Source: Macrostomum lignano (lineage: Eukaryota). Taken from it: DNA of 30,571 nucleotides. Location of the stretch: the NCBI GenBank assembly GCA_002269645.1, contig NIVC01004943.1:1-30571 (forward strand). Reading direction: 5' to 3'. Of the stretch, positions 1 through 11,790 are shown one piece after another; the stretch's first letter is position 1; every line of letters starts with the position of its first letter. The position numbers and the translations under genes were made by a program. The notes beneath the pieces are model-generated. The model did no database searches. It saw only the letters and a list, made by a program, of their open reading frames with translations, and had not been told where the DNA came from.

Positions 1-860
1 GGAAATTGTTGACGGCGACAATTGGCTCCTCCTTTAAACTTTTCATTCGTTACTGACAGAATTGGCACTACACGAATTGCACGATTATCTTGTACAATTG
101 CCCCATTGCTGGCCAGAATAATTGTCAAATTCAACCCAAATACAATCTGGCCAATCTTTGGTGATTGCCTTCCAGGAGGCGTAGCAAATTCCTCGTACAG
201 TTCCAACTTCCATTCAAGTCATTGCGTACTGACAGATTTCTAGTTAGCATTACTCGAGCACCAATACACAAATAGAGTCGCTTCTCAGATTCGTATCGAT
301 TTTTTATGTTCCTTCTTTTTGCACACAATTTTGCTTCGTCTCCTTTACAAATTGCGTTAATTTGCCGCACAGGATTCAATTCGGAAACCATCTTCCCAAT
401 AGCATGTAGTTGCGATTTCTCACATCCTCGTTAGTGTGATATAAAAATGTACACCCGCTTTGGAAACCTTCAGGCAAAAGTCGGGAGCATAGACGCGACA
501 ATTGTTCATCAACGAATTCCAGCAGGCTTCGTCGGCCTTGCCTTCGCGAAGTTTATCCAACAACTGGCGAATTCGTATCGTTTGCTTGTCGGACTTGTTC
601 TGTCAGATGCACAACCTTTTTGAACTCCATGTACAATTTATAGCCTTCAGATTTCAATATATCGTGCTTCTTTTGATTTGGATTGTAAACGTACAGTTGC
701 GTGTCCAAAACTGGAGGCAATTGAAACACGTCGCCAATTAGGATTACAGATCGACCACCAAAACTCTGTTTACTGTGTCTGGAAACAATTGCGCAAACGA
801 GCATCCACCTTACGGAGTAACCTTTGGCCAAGCATGCTAAATTCGTCAATAAAATGTAGC
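1..860 (-). pseudogene. Frameshifted C-terminal part of the PIF1 helicase
   Basis: Switching frames recovers IDEFSMLGQRLLRKVDARLR (Walker B, ~790-850), RQLLDKLREG, FLYHTNEDVRNRN, LYLCIGARVMLTRNL, DWPDCIWVEFDN and VVPI...CRRQQFP at base 1. Confidence 0.85.
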
Positions 861-3800
861 GCACATCTTTCCACTGCTCTTGCATCTCCATTAGGGATTT
901 CTTGCCAACACCAGCACTAAAATTTACATTCAATTTCAAAGCCGAGTGCAAAGTTTCGCCTGCAATATTGAAAGCGGCTACGCCTGTTGATGCCATAATT
1001 CTGCATCTTGATTCTCCAATCAACCGACGCAATGTAGAAATCAAGTAGCTTTTTCCAGTTCCAGCGCTACCATACAAAATTGCTTTGAGAGGCTCCGGCT
1101 TTTCGCCTTGGTTTTCTTCGGCTAGTCTTGAAAGCTGCAAATGACTTTCAATTAGGTTGTACATTTCTCGCTGCCGAACATTAAGCGATTCAACACTGTT
1201 TATCGGCATGTCAGCGACCTCTCTTGCGCCAAGTTTTAGGTCGCTACTTAAAAACGCCTTTGCTTCTCCAACCGTTGGAAACTGGCCGCCACTAGCTGCG
1301 CTCCAGTCAAAATTTTCTGGCGGCTTTGGCAATTGATCTTCTGGACAGGCCAATAGATTTCTCTCGCGATGAAGTGCCCCCACTGCAACCATCCAATCTT
1401 CTTGCTCTTCGTGCTCATAAGTTGGCTGAGCAGCAGATTGCGCATTTGCGTTGGTCATTTCGGGTAGCTCCGCAACTGCTTCGACTTCTTCGTCAGCTTC
1501 GTCGTTGCGCAAATCGTCCAAATTGGGCAGCTGCAGCTCGCATCGATTCTCAGCAGGCATGGCTTCGTACGCTTGCTGCCAGCTTGTGTGCAAACCTTTG
1601 GCTTCTCGCTCATTTCGCCAACAACTGTACAACAAAACCTGCTGCCGATAATAGCCTTCGCGTCTTTCGTCTGATTGCTCATTCGGTCGAAAAAATGGAC
1701 TGATTAGCAAAACTACTTGTTTCGGCCTTTTTGTGCACCTCCCATTAGGGCTGAGACAGTAGTCGGAAAAGAAACGAAACATTGTTACATTTTCCAAATT
1801 CTTTGCACGCTTTGAATACTTGTCGCAACTATTCCTGCAAACACCCTTTTCCTCCACTGCGCGGGTTTCGCCAGTCTGAACAAAAACAAATTCTCGCGAA
1901 CCCTTGTACATTGACGTCTGCAATAGCAAATGCATTGCCTCTTGCGCCGAATAATCACGCGCTCCAACTTGCGCCATCAAGTGTTGTTGTACAACACGCC
2001 TTGCAGTGTTGCTACGCTGAAAATTGTTATCGGCATTCTGTTCTGCATTATCTTCCAACTCCTTATGAAGACGCTTTGTCAGCTCCGCCATATAATCCGA
2101 CTCCTTTTCGCTTTTTGTCGCATACTTGATCAAATAGCGAATCAAATTCTTCACGGACGAAATCATTTGAACATCGACATTGGCTCTCCACATGCACAGC
2201 AACTGCGGACTGTGAGAAATCATTCGCTCGTCGTTGCGCTGCGTCTCAACTTGCCAATTTAAACGGGATACTCGCTTTGCAACAGTCTTTTCCTGCGGCT
2301 CGCGCGGATACTTGAATCGGCACTCTTGTTTGCCTTTTACTGTTCGCAAGCACTTTTTACTGCAAATAGTGTGCCTCTCTGTCAAATGCGAAATTAACTG
2401 CAAATCTTGCTTGTCATTTTCAATCTCTTCCGGTTTCAGTTGAGCTGGATGACCTTGACCTGCTAAACTGCCATTCAAAACTTGATTTCCATAATCCGAT
2501 TCGTCCATGGCCAAATTCCAACTACAGATGTACTTGTCAACAAAGCTCGTCAATTCTTCTGCATTCAATGTATTCGATGTCACATCAACACCATCTGGCA
2601 TCCAAATGCAACCGTGAACGTGTGGACTTCCGCGACTCTGATATTCTATGCGAAACCAATAATCGTTTACTTTCCAGTGCTCGACCAAAAAACGTTTCAA
2701 ACATGTTTCAAATCGCAACCAAAACACAGTGTCTGCCATTCCGGGATCTTTTTGCAACTTTGACAACATTTCTGCTCTTAGTTCTACATTGCTTTCATAT
2801 TGCTCTGCATCGATTCCCCAGGCATGCTGCAACTCTGGCCAATGTACATCTGCTGCCGATAGTGTCACGAAAAAATGAGGAACACCAAGCGTTCGAATCA
2901 TGGCTTCCAATTGCCGTCCTTTACTCTGCCAATAAGCGCTTGTGCCTCGCAAATCTGATGCTCGAACTGACACGCTAGCCAATACTGCCGGGTCATTTAG
3001 TGCTTCAATCATTTCCTTGGCACTTAATCCAGCATACTTGTTGTCGTGTACAAACACGCGACCAACTTCCAGCGCCCTCCAACGCATCACCATATTTTCA
3101 ATGTAAAATTTAAACCGCAAATCGGTACGAAATCTTGGACACCGGAATTGCATCAAATGCTTTGCATAGTCGCCCAAACTTAGTCCAAAATTACGTGGCG
3201 TACTATAATCTCCTGCTCCATCCGGAAAGAGATGAGGATAAGCCAATGTAAAATATCCTTCATCCTGAAATTCGTTTACCGGCTCGTTGCTTCTTGCTGG
3301 CCATTTCAATTTTTCACTCAAAAATTTGTCTCGTACTGCCGATTCCAATCGACGCAAAGGAGTCTCCAACAGCGAACTAATTGTTTCCTCGAGCTCGTTC
3401 GTCTCGTCCGCATTTTTTTCTACTTGTTGCTGCAATCGCTCAGCTCTGGCTGAGCCGCCTTCTTGCTGTGCCGCCTCGAAATTCACTTCATTGTCAGACT
3501 GCATTTCGACAATCATACCTTCTACTTGATGAGCATAACCATCTTCAGGCAGATGTAGCAACGCATCATTATTCATTGAAACCTGATACTGTCTAAAGTA
3601 CTTGTTGTTTGCCATTAAATAGCGCATCGCATTAGTCACTTTGTCGCGTCGAACTCGCAAATTGTTCATTGTGCCGCTTTGCGCTTCTCCAGGCTGAACA
3701 CGGGCTCTTTCGTCGTACATTAAAACAACTGGCAGAGATCGTCTTGGCAGCTCTCGCAAAACGTGCGACTGATCTTGAGGCAACATGATTCCGTGTCCTC

Positions 3801-5732
3801 TCGATTTTGTTTGCTTTTGGGGAAAAATTTGTACCACAACAATAACCGACAAAACTGGCGAAATCAACATTTGCTCTGCTACACTCAAATCTTGCAAATC
3901 TTCTGGCTGCTCCAACATCGGAATCGCATTGTTTTCTTGGCTAAACGATTTCGGCTCATTGTCATCTCTGAAACAACGATCGCACATGTCTTCAGAATCG
4001 ATGCTAAAATATTTTCCAGGAAACTTTTCCCTACACACGTAGCACTGTTTCAAATGTGATACTTTTGTTATGTTTTCATTGAAAAAGTCTTGCCTCATCT
4101 TTTTGAACTGGTCTGTGAACGGATTGCGAAGGCACTTTGGCAGATTAGGATCTCCGATTTCATCTTCAACAATTGGAGCATCTTGAGCGCTCTCTTCTGA
4201 AGTGCTGCTCTGCGGAACATTTTCTTTAGCTGGCTGCTGCTCCATTGTAGGCCGCTTTCTGGGTGACGAACGGATCGCTTCATCAGGCTTCTCCTGAGTA
4301 GCACGTGTCTTTCGTGGTGATGAATACGTAGAAGTAGCTGGAATATTATCAGACTGACGTTTATCTTGCTGCTCCTGCTGCAAAGGTGCCGTCTTCCTAG
4401 GCGACGATCGAACGGGTTCGCAGATATGATTTTCTGCGTTTGTCAATCTCTGTTTCCGTGGTAAAGAATTTGCATAGTTGACCACTTGCTGCTGGTTTTT
4501 CAAACGCTCGCTGCGACGAGTAGGAGCACTTGGTACAACGTCGCTCTTCTTTTCTCGACCTCTTCCTTTTTCCAAATGGCAAGAAACGCTTGAAACCGCC
4601 GAAACTGAGTCGCCACAACCGATGCAACTGCAACATGGTGCTCTCCGAGTGCGACTGCTTCTTCTCAATAAGCTCTGACCAGATACACTAGAGGCTGCAA
4701 CAGACACAGACTCTAATGTGTTTGCTTTAGCGCTCAGTCGACTACTCCGACGCGTAGCGCAACTTGCCTTCCCAACATCCTTTTTACGCCGACTGCGCCG
4801 CGGAACATTTGATGGCACGGACTCTGACACACGATCACTTTTAACTGACTCTGACACATGCTCAATTTCAACTGACTCTGCGCTATCCTCCGCGTCAAGA
4901 TCGACATTCCAATTCCAGACAGAGTTGTTCCGATCCCGAAGCACTTCATATGAATTCGGATGCGCAAACAAACTCGTATTATTTTCCAAGGACTTTGCTT
5001 GATTTCTACAACGTCCCTTCCAATGCCTACTTTGAACTCGGGTCCAGTCTGCAACCTTTTCAAAAGGCGTCATTGGTGGAGCTGGAGGTGGCATCATTAC
5101 AACAGGATCTTCGACAACATGAACATTCTCGTTGAGAGGGGGCATTTCCACATTCTTGGCGCTCAAATCTCCTTGGCCAGTCGGCCGAACTGAGCTTGCT
5201 TCATTAACTTCCAAATCATTGACACGAACGATTTCGTAGTGTTGACTACCAGGATTAAACAACAATCGAATAGTAGCCAAACGTTCTCCAATATTCGGTC
5301 GGGAATAATGGCCAGGCCGCGCTAGATTAAGCATGTTTGACTGATAAATAAACACTTCTAGCCGCAACAGTTCACCAATTAGTTCTGGAACTCCGCATGG
5401 CACGTACATACGGGGACGCCTTGTATCGTCGCGCACTTTTTCCCAATTCAGTCCTGTTTGCATAATTCTTTCCTGATTATTGACATCGCGATGCACCCAT
5501 TGCTCGAATTCTGCAGCAACCGCATCTCGAAAATCTTCTACGCTTAGCGATTGATAGGCGGAAAAACCTGGCAGTTCTTGTAATTGTCTCAATATGGCCG
5601 TGAAAAAACAGTTGCCGTCACCTCGTACATTCTCAACGCGACACGAAGAAAAAGGAACCCATACAGGTTGGACTTGTACAGCAGCAGTTACATGACCTTC
5701 GGCAAAATCCATTGCAGTAGCACCTGTTTCAT
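553..5732 (-). CDS. RepHel main exon: OTU cysteine protease, basic low-complexity linker, C2C2/DUF6570-like region, HUH Rep, PIF1-like SF1 helicase
   Basis: OTU GDGNCFF (Cys 5608-5610) with QHYEIV (His 5239-5241). Rep motifs FFVTLSAADVHWPEL, RGSPHVH (2614-2634), YLIKY (2122-2136). Walker A GSAGTGKS (~1048-1071), GDVFQLPPV, LTEQVRQ. The track's TTG start at 5748 lies in an intron; the acceptor TTTTACAG ends at 5733. Confidence 0.93.
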
Positions 5733-5917
5733 CTGTAAAAGAATACAACTCTTAAACAGTGAGGTATGATAATTTTAAGGAATTGAGCATTAATTGTATT
5801 TTGCACAAGTCGTAAACACTAAAATCTAATTTTCAATATTCGCAAGCAAAGTCAGATGTAAGAAAGAAAATTAACTTGTACTATGCATAGAAATTCAATA
5901 AAAAATAAAACTCTCAC

Positions 5918-6289
5918 CAGCACTCAAGTAGCCTATAAGTTGCTCATTGTAAGCAGCACCAGAATTGGGCACTTCAGCATCACCTTCGACCACGGGGTAT
6001 TCCGAAGCAGCCAGAGCGTCGGCCAGAGCAGCATCATGTTCAGCTAGCAGGGCAGCCAGACCAGCCTCGTCCAGCTTAATCACAGACTCAGTTTTAGCAG
6101 CAGCATCAGCAGAAGCACCAGCTTTAGTCCCAGCAGCGGCAATAGAAGAGGCAGCAGCAGCTTCCGGTTGTACATCTGGCTCTTGAATCTGTTCTTCGCC
6201 AGCAGTTAAATCACCGACAGCAGCAACTTTAATATTATTCTTGGAGCGGCTCCAGTTTTTCTTCTTCGGCCGTCCGCACTTTTTCGCAC
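5918..6289 (-). CDS. Predicted RepHel exon 2 (372 nt, phase 1-1): AT-hook-like KKCGRPKKK plus Ala/acidic-rich segment; copies at 10561-10932 and 15203-15574
   Basis: Acceptor TTTAAACAG ends at 6290; donor G|GTGAGA at 5917. The frame is open throughout and the phase matches the acceptor at 5733 (gct g|at = Ala-Asp). Confidence 0.75.
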
Positions 6290-6330
6290 CTGTTTAAAGT
6301 CACAGTAAAAAAGAAATTTATAAATCTACC

Positions 6331-6352
6331 TATATATATATATATATATATA
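6331..6352. repeat. (TA)11 microsatellite, same length in all three units
   Basis: Direct reading. Confidence 0.95.
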
Positions 6353-6574
6353 TGTCTGTCCATCTATTTCGCTCTAGAGCGTGCCATTCTTGATCAATTT
6401 TGATAGCGTTTTTTCTAAACTATTGCAGATTTTGCACTGATTATACAGTGGTCAAAATTTCTTAAATCTGCTCAAATTCTAAGGGTGTTAAACATTCGAA
6501 AATAGAGTTTCTATAATTATTTTAATGATCTGTCAAACAAGGTCAGATTCCAATTGAATTTATTCCCTTTGTCG

Positions 6575-6870
6575 AAACTATTCAGTCGAAACTACTCAGT
6601 CGAAACTATTGAGTTCACACTATTCAGTCAAAACTACTCAGTCAAGATTATTAAGTCTAAACTATTCAGTTGTAACTATTCAGTTGAAATTATTCTGTCT
6701 GTCAAAACTATTCAGGCGAAACTATTCAATCTAAACTATTGAGTGTGAACTATTGATTTGAGCTGCGTCAGTTAAGAGTTTGAAAAATTCACATTTTTAG
6801 ACATCTGAAAAACACTTTTTTACAGAATTACCTGTGAACTATTCAGTGTGAGTTATAGTGTGAACAATTG
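6575..6870. repeat. Degenerate ~13-bp minisatellite (consensus ~CGAAACTATTCAGT), interrupted at 6757-6833
   Basis: AAACTATTCAGT-like units repeat at 12-14 bp spacing. Confidence 0.85.
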
Positions 6871-7068
6871 AGATTTATTGTTTGGTAAATAAATTGTGTA
6901 GTGCAGGAACTTTTTAGTTTGTCTGTTGCCCAAATGGGCAGCCAAGAATGCTAGTAAAAGCTGGTTTCCTAAGGTGTGAATATTAATAATAAAGGTAGGA
7001 TTGCTTTGAAACTATTCCTGAAAGTAGCACCTATCACCTGCAAGTTGCAACAAATGTACAAAACTTAC

Positions 7069-7147
7069 TATTGGCAGCAACAGAAGAAGCACTTGTATCC
7101 TTGTTAATGCTAGTGTTGTCCTTGATGCTGTTTTTGTCGTTGCCCAT
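7069..7147 (-). CDS. Predicted RepHel first coding exon MGNDKNSIKDNTSINKDTSASSVAAN; copies at 11712-11790 and 16354-16432
   Basis: Acceptor TTAGACAG ends at 7149, ATG at 7147, donor A|GTAAGT at 7068 in phase 1 matching exon 2. The intron is 149 nt once the nested Helitron is removed. Confidence 0.55.
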
Positions 7148-8640
7148 CCTGTCTAAATAAACATGTTAGTAAATATTTCAGAATGATAAAGAAACTAATT
7201 AGCTAAACACAGAAAACATGCTACTCTTTACCAAGTTAACTCAACTCTTTTCTGGTGGCAAATTTAGTTAAACTACGAACACTAGCACTGCTACTGGATT
7301 GTGGATTAATATGCTGCAGCATAATATACTGGCATATAGGCGGTGTGTGCCATGTAGTTTTTGTGCTTTCAACATTTTTTCTTGGATTTAGTGCATATTT
7401 TCTAGAGTTTTTTCAGGCATATTCCATGTTTTTGTACATGCTTCTAGGAATTCTATATCAGCAAAAAAACATCCCTTGGTAAAAATTCACCATAAACTAA
7501 GTGTCTAGCACTTTCAAGCATTGCTTGATATAAGGAGCATTGGCATGTATATATTGTCTAGCAAAAATGCTAAATTTATAATAAATTGAGCAGAATTTAT
7601 AAAAAGTGTCCACAAACTTCTACCATTAAGCAGAGTACTACAGATATTTGTACTATGCTAAACATATGAAGAAATAAAAAGAATACTTACTTCAAAACTA
7701 AAGTCTTAAGTCAAAATTATGCAAACAAAAGGAAAATTCAAGTTAAATTTGACTGATAACTACAAAATAAAATGTGAAAGGATGAGTACTTTTAAAAGAT
7801 ATATGTAAATATGACTATAATTTATAAAAATATGGAGCAAAAAGCAAAGCAGAGAAAAAAAACGTAAATATTTGGCAGAATACAATTAATTAGCTATAAA
7901 ATAATATTAAAGTACTATACTTCAGTTATATTTCAAATAAAATTTGAAGCTTACACTTACAGTGTAAAACTGATAACAATTGAATATATTACAATTAAAA
8001 CTTGTACTTGTAGAATATAATATATTGTACAATAATTATATATAATGTAGTAGGATACGAATAAATAGCGTAACAAAACCGAATATTATAGCTACAGATT
8101 GAAGCTTGAAAATATTTCAGATTTAGATAGCGTTTGCTTAGATAAGTTGCTTTGAAAATTTGGGGTCAAATTTGTCCTACAGCAATAAACTACTGTTAAC
8201 ATAACCGATTTAAATTTAAATTTTTGTAGAAATTATAAGGAACAGAACGACTGAAATGTACAGTTTAATTATTTCAAAATTAAATAATTTCGAATTCTAT
8301 TTTACCTTATTGCTTTCTTCAATTAAATTTTGTTATACAATTTATAAAATGCCTATTTTCAAAATATACCTCAAAAAGTAAGTTCAACAGCTTTAAAAAT
8401 GCGCACGTTTTTACACTTCACGGCTCCAAAAAGTCACCATAGAAGATTTTTGCAGGACGCAAGACTTTTTACGTTACAAAATAGCACTTTTATGTGCATT
8501 TTTTATTCAGTTTCAAAAGGCTTTTTAGTTACCTATTTGGTATTTTTTGTTTTAAAGATTTTTGCGAAATCAGGTCATTTTAACTTGTTACGAAACTGTG
8601 GACCCACACTTTTACGCAACGCAATGCGCATGATGTCATC

Positions 8641-9695
8641 TTAAAGCACTTGCTAAATGCTATTTATTGACACTACACTGAAGGCCTGGCGTAGGATAGT
8701 TAATAAATGGCAGCGTGAAATATAGCAAAAAAACGCATAGTACCGGAACCTCGTAATTCGGTAAAATGTTAATAGCGTCAAAATACGAATTTTCGCACAC
8801 TAACGAAGATGGCAGTCATCTGTACGTGTTTACTGGGCACAATAGTGCTCTTGGAAGCTAAGAACCTCATAGCGAAAATTAATATATTTTCCGCCCTATG
8901 TAGTGCTCAAATGGGTTGTTTTTGCACAAAATCACGTTTTTCGATTTTGAGAGTCAATTAAAAATTTTTTTTGCAACTGACAGACGTGAATGTCACTTTT
9001 TCTGAGAGTATTCATCTAGATGTTTCTAATAAGTACTAATATGGGTCATTCTTATGCTTCACCTATCCTTAGTATAGGTACAAAGTCATTATTTCATTTC
9101 CAGCAAGTCACGTGACCTGGCCTGAGGTGTACAACGCATCGTGCAATGCCAGCGAACATACACTCAAATTAAAGCACTTTTTAAATGCTAACTATTGACA
9201 CCACACTGAAGGCCTGGCGTAGCATCGTTAATAAATGGCAGCGTGAAATATAGCAAAAAAACGCATAACACCGGAACCTCGTAATTCGGTAAATGTTATT
9301 AGCGTAAAAATACGAATTTTCGCACACTAACGAAGATAGCAGTCATCTGTACGTGTTTACTGGGCACAATAGTGCTCTTGGAAGCTAAGAACCTCATAGC
9401 GAAAATCAATAAATTTTTCACCCTATGTGTGCTCATATAGGTTGTTTTTGCACAAAATCACGTTTTTCGATTTTAAAAGTCAATTATAACAAAATTTTGC
9501 AACTGACAGACGTGAATATCATTTTTTCTGACAGTAGTCATCTAGGTGTTTCTAATAAGTACAAATTTTGGTTCATTCTTACGCTTCACCTATCCTTAGT
9601 ATAGGTACAAAGTCATTATTTCATTTCCAGCAAGTCACGTGACCTGACCTGAGGTGTACAACGCATCGTGCAATGACAGCGAACATACATTCAAA
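8641..9695. repeat. Diverged ~528-bp tandem dimer (8641-9168, 9169-9695); copies start at 13284 and 17926
   Basis: Both monomers start TTAAAGCACT and share ACTGAAGGCCTGGCGTAG...CAAGTCACGTGACCT...GCGAACATAC, with scattered substitutions. Confidence 0.92.
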
Positions 9696-10145
9696 TTAAA
9701 GTACATCTAAAATGTAGTTCAATGACACCAAGCGCGTCGCGCTCCGGTAATCCGCTCAAAAGTTACAGGCTAAAAAGTATGTTCGATATGCAAGCCCCCC
9801 GTACCGTCGTTAAAGTACATTTCTGTACCGGCAGCGACTTCAATAAACTAAGACGAAATTTCAAAATATACATATTGTGCGCAATTTAGTTGTGCACCTT
9901 GCCTAAAAAGTCTGATTTTCCTAGCATGTCGTCGTTTCTTATTTTTTGTACATTTGTATCATGAAAAATACATAAAAATAGCCTAAATCACGTTTATCGA
10001 CTTTAGCAGTGTATGGCTCAGAGTCAGTGCAACGAAACGGCTCAAAATGTATTATAAACATGTAGATCTTACCTAAATGACCGCATTCATGTACTTTTTA
10101 GAGTCTCGCAACAAGGTTGAATTTCCTTTATTTCGGTTCGAATAC

Positions 10146-11790
10146 CTACCCGTCGAATATTCGAATGTAATTAACAGGTGCGAATGTACAGTTAAAGTGA
10201 GTATCTTGGTTAAAGTCGTGCGTCATGTAAGAGTCCCAGGTGCCATTGTTAGAATGACGCAGCTCAAAGGTCGCGCGAACGCGACACGAAGAAAAAGGAA
10301 CCCATACAGGTTGGACTTGTACAGCAGCAGTTACATGACCTTCGGCAAAATCCATTGCAGTAGCACCTGTTTCATCTGTAAAAGAATACAACTCTTAAAC
10401 AGTGAGGTATGATAATTTTAAGGAATTGAGCATTAATTGTATTTTGCACAAGTCGTAAACACTAAAATCTAATTTTCAATATTCGCAAGCAAAGTCAGAT
10501 GTAAGAAAGAAAATTAACTTGTACTATGCATAGAAATTCAATAAAAAATAAAACTCTCACCAGCACTCAAGTAGCCTATAAGTTGCTCATTGTAAGCAGC
10601 ACCAGAATTGGGCACTTCAGCATCACCTTCGACCACGGGGTATTCCGAAGCAGCCAGAGCGTCGGCCAGAGCAGCATCATGTTCAGCTAGCAGGGCAGCC
10701 AGACCAGCCTCGTCCAGCTTAATCACAGACTCAGTTTTAGCAGCAGCATCAGCAGAAGCACCAGCTTTAGTCCCAGCAGCGGCAATAGAAGAGGCAGCAG
10801 CAGCTTCCGGTTGTACATCTGGCTCTTGAATCTGTTCTTCGCCAGCAGTTAAATCACCGACAGCAGCAACTTTAATATTATTCTTGGAGCGGCTCCAGTT
10901 TTTCTTCTTCGGCCGTCCGCACTTTTTCGCACCTGTTTAAAGTCACAGTAAAAAAGAAATTTATAAATCTACCTATATATATATATATATATATATGTCT
11001 GTCCATCTATTTCGCTCTAGAGCGTGCCATTCTTGATCAATTTTGATAGCGTTTTTTCTAAACTATTGCAGATTTTGCACTGATTATACAGTGGTCAAAA
11101 TTTCTTAAATCTGCTCAAATTCTAAGGGTGTTAAACATTCGAAAATAGAGTTTCTATAATTATTTTAATGATCTGTCAAACAAGGTCAGATTCCAATTGA
11201 ATTTATTCCCTTTGTCGAAACTATTCAGTCGAAACTACTCAGTCGAAACTATTGAGTTCACACTATTCAGTCAAAACTACTCAGTCAAGATTATTAAGTC
11301 TAAACTATTCAGTTGTAACTATTCAGTTGAAATTATTCTGTCTGTCAAAACTATTCAGGCGAAACTATTCAATCTAAACTATTGAGTGTGAACTATTGAT
11401 TTGAGCTGCGTCAGTTAAGAGTTTGAAAAATTCACATTTTTAGACATCTGAAAAACACTTTTTTACAGAATTACCTGTGAACTATTCAGTGTGAGTTATA
11501 GTGTGAACAATTGAGATTTATTGTTTGGTAAATAAATTGTGTAGTGCAGGAACTTTTTAGTTTGTCTGTTGCCCAAATGGGCAGCCAAGAATGCTAGTAA
11601 AAGCTGGTTTCCTAAGGTGTGAATATTAATAATAAAGGTAGGATTGCTTTGAAACTATTCCTGAAAGTAGCACCTATCACCTGCAAGTTGCAACAAATGT
11701 ACAAAACTTACTATTGGCAGCAACAGAAGAAGCACTTGTATCCTTGTTAATGCTAGTGTTGTCCTTGATGCTGTTTTTGTCGTTGCCCAT
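10146..11790 (-). CDS. Predicted truncated chimeric RepHel N-terminus (spliced, 226 aa) created by the tandem junction; second copy at 14788-16432
   Basis: Exons 11790-11712, 10932-10561 and 10375-10146 total 681 nt. The frame reads through the junction (SCRV|RATFELRHS...IFDG*) and stops just before the OTU catalytic motif. Confidence 0.45.

Larger units (their letters stand above)
6325..6954 (+). mobile_element. Non-autonomous canonical Helitron (630 bp); copies at 10968-11597 and 15610-16239
   Basis: A|TC 5' end followed by (TA)n. 3' hairpin GTTGCCC-AAAT-GGGCAGC (6925-6942), 8 nt, then CTAG|T. No TSD. Confidence 0.75.

Noticed and set aside
6554-6742. 62-aa ORF and a CRISPR-like look of the 13-bp repeats
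   Set aside because: It is a degenerate minisatellite without unique spacers, in eukaryotic DNA; the ORF is a by-product of the repeat.
7232-7557. Possible further upstream exon (TIYTCQCSLYQAMLESARHLVYGEFLPRD...) between an AG at 7558 and a GT at 7231
   Set aside because: Needs two frameshifts that are shared by all three units, and has an in-frame stop before the donor. At best 5' UTR or decayed; no recognisable domain.
7906-8397. Kolobok-like MITE suggested by TTAAAG...GCTTTAA ends
   Set aside because: TTAAAG is common in AT-rich DNA and the terminal similarity is too weak without other copies.
7255-8644. Short plus-strand ORFs (75 aa, 81 aa) repeated three times
   Set aside because: Non-ATG or weak starts, AT-biased composition, no motifs; they recur only because of the tandem duplication.
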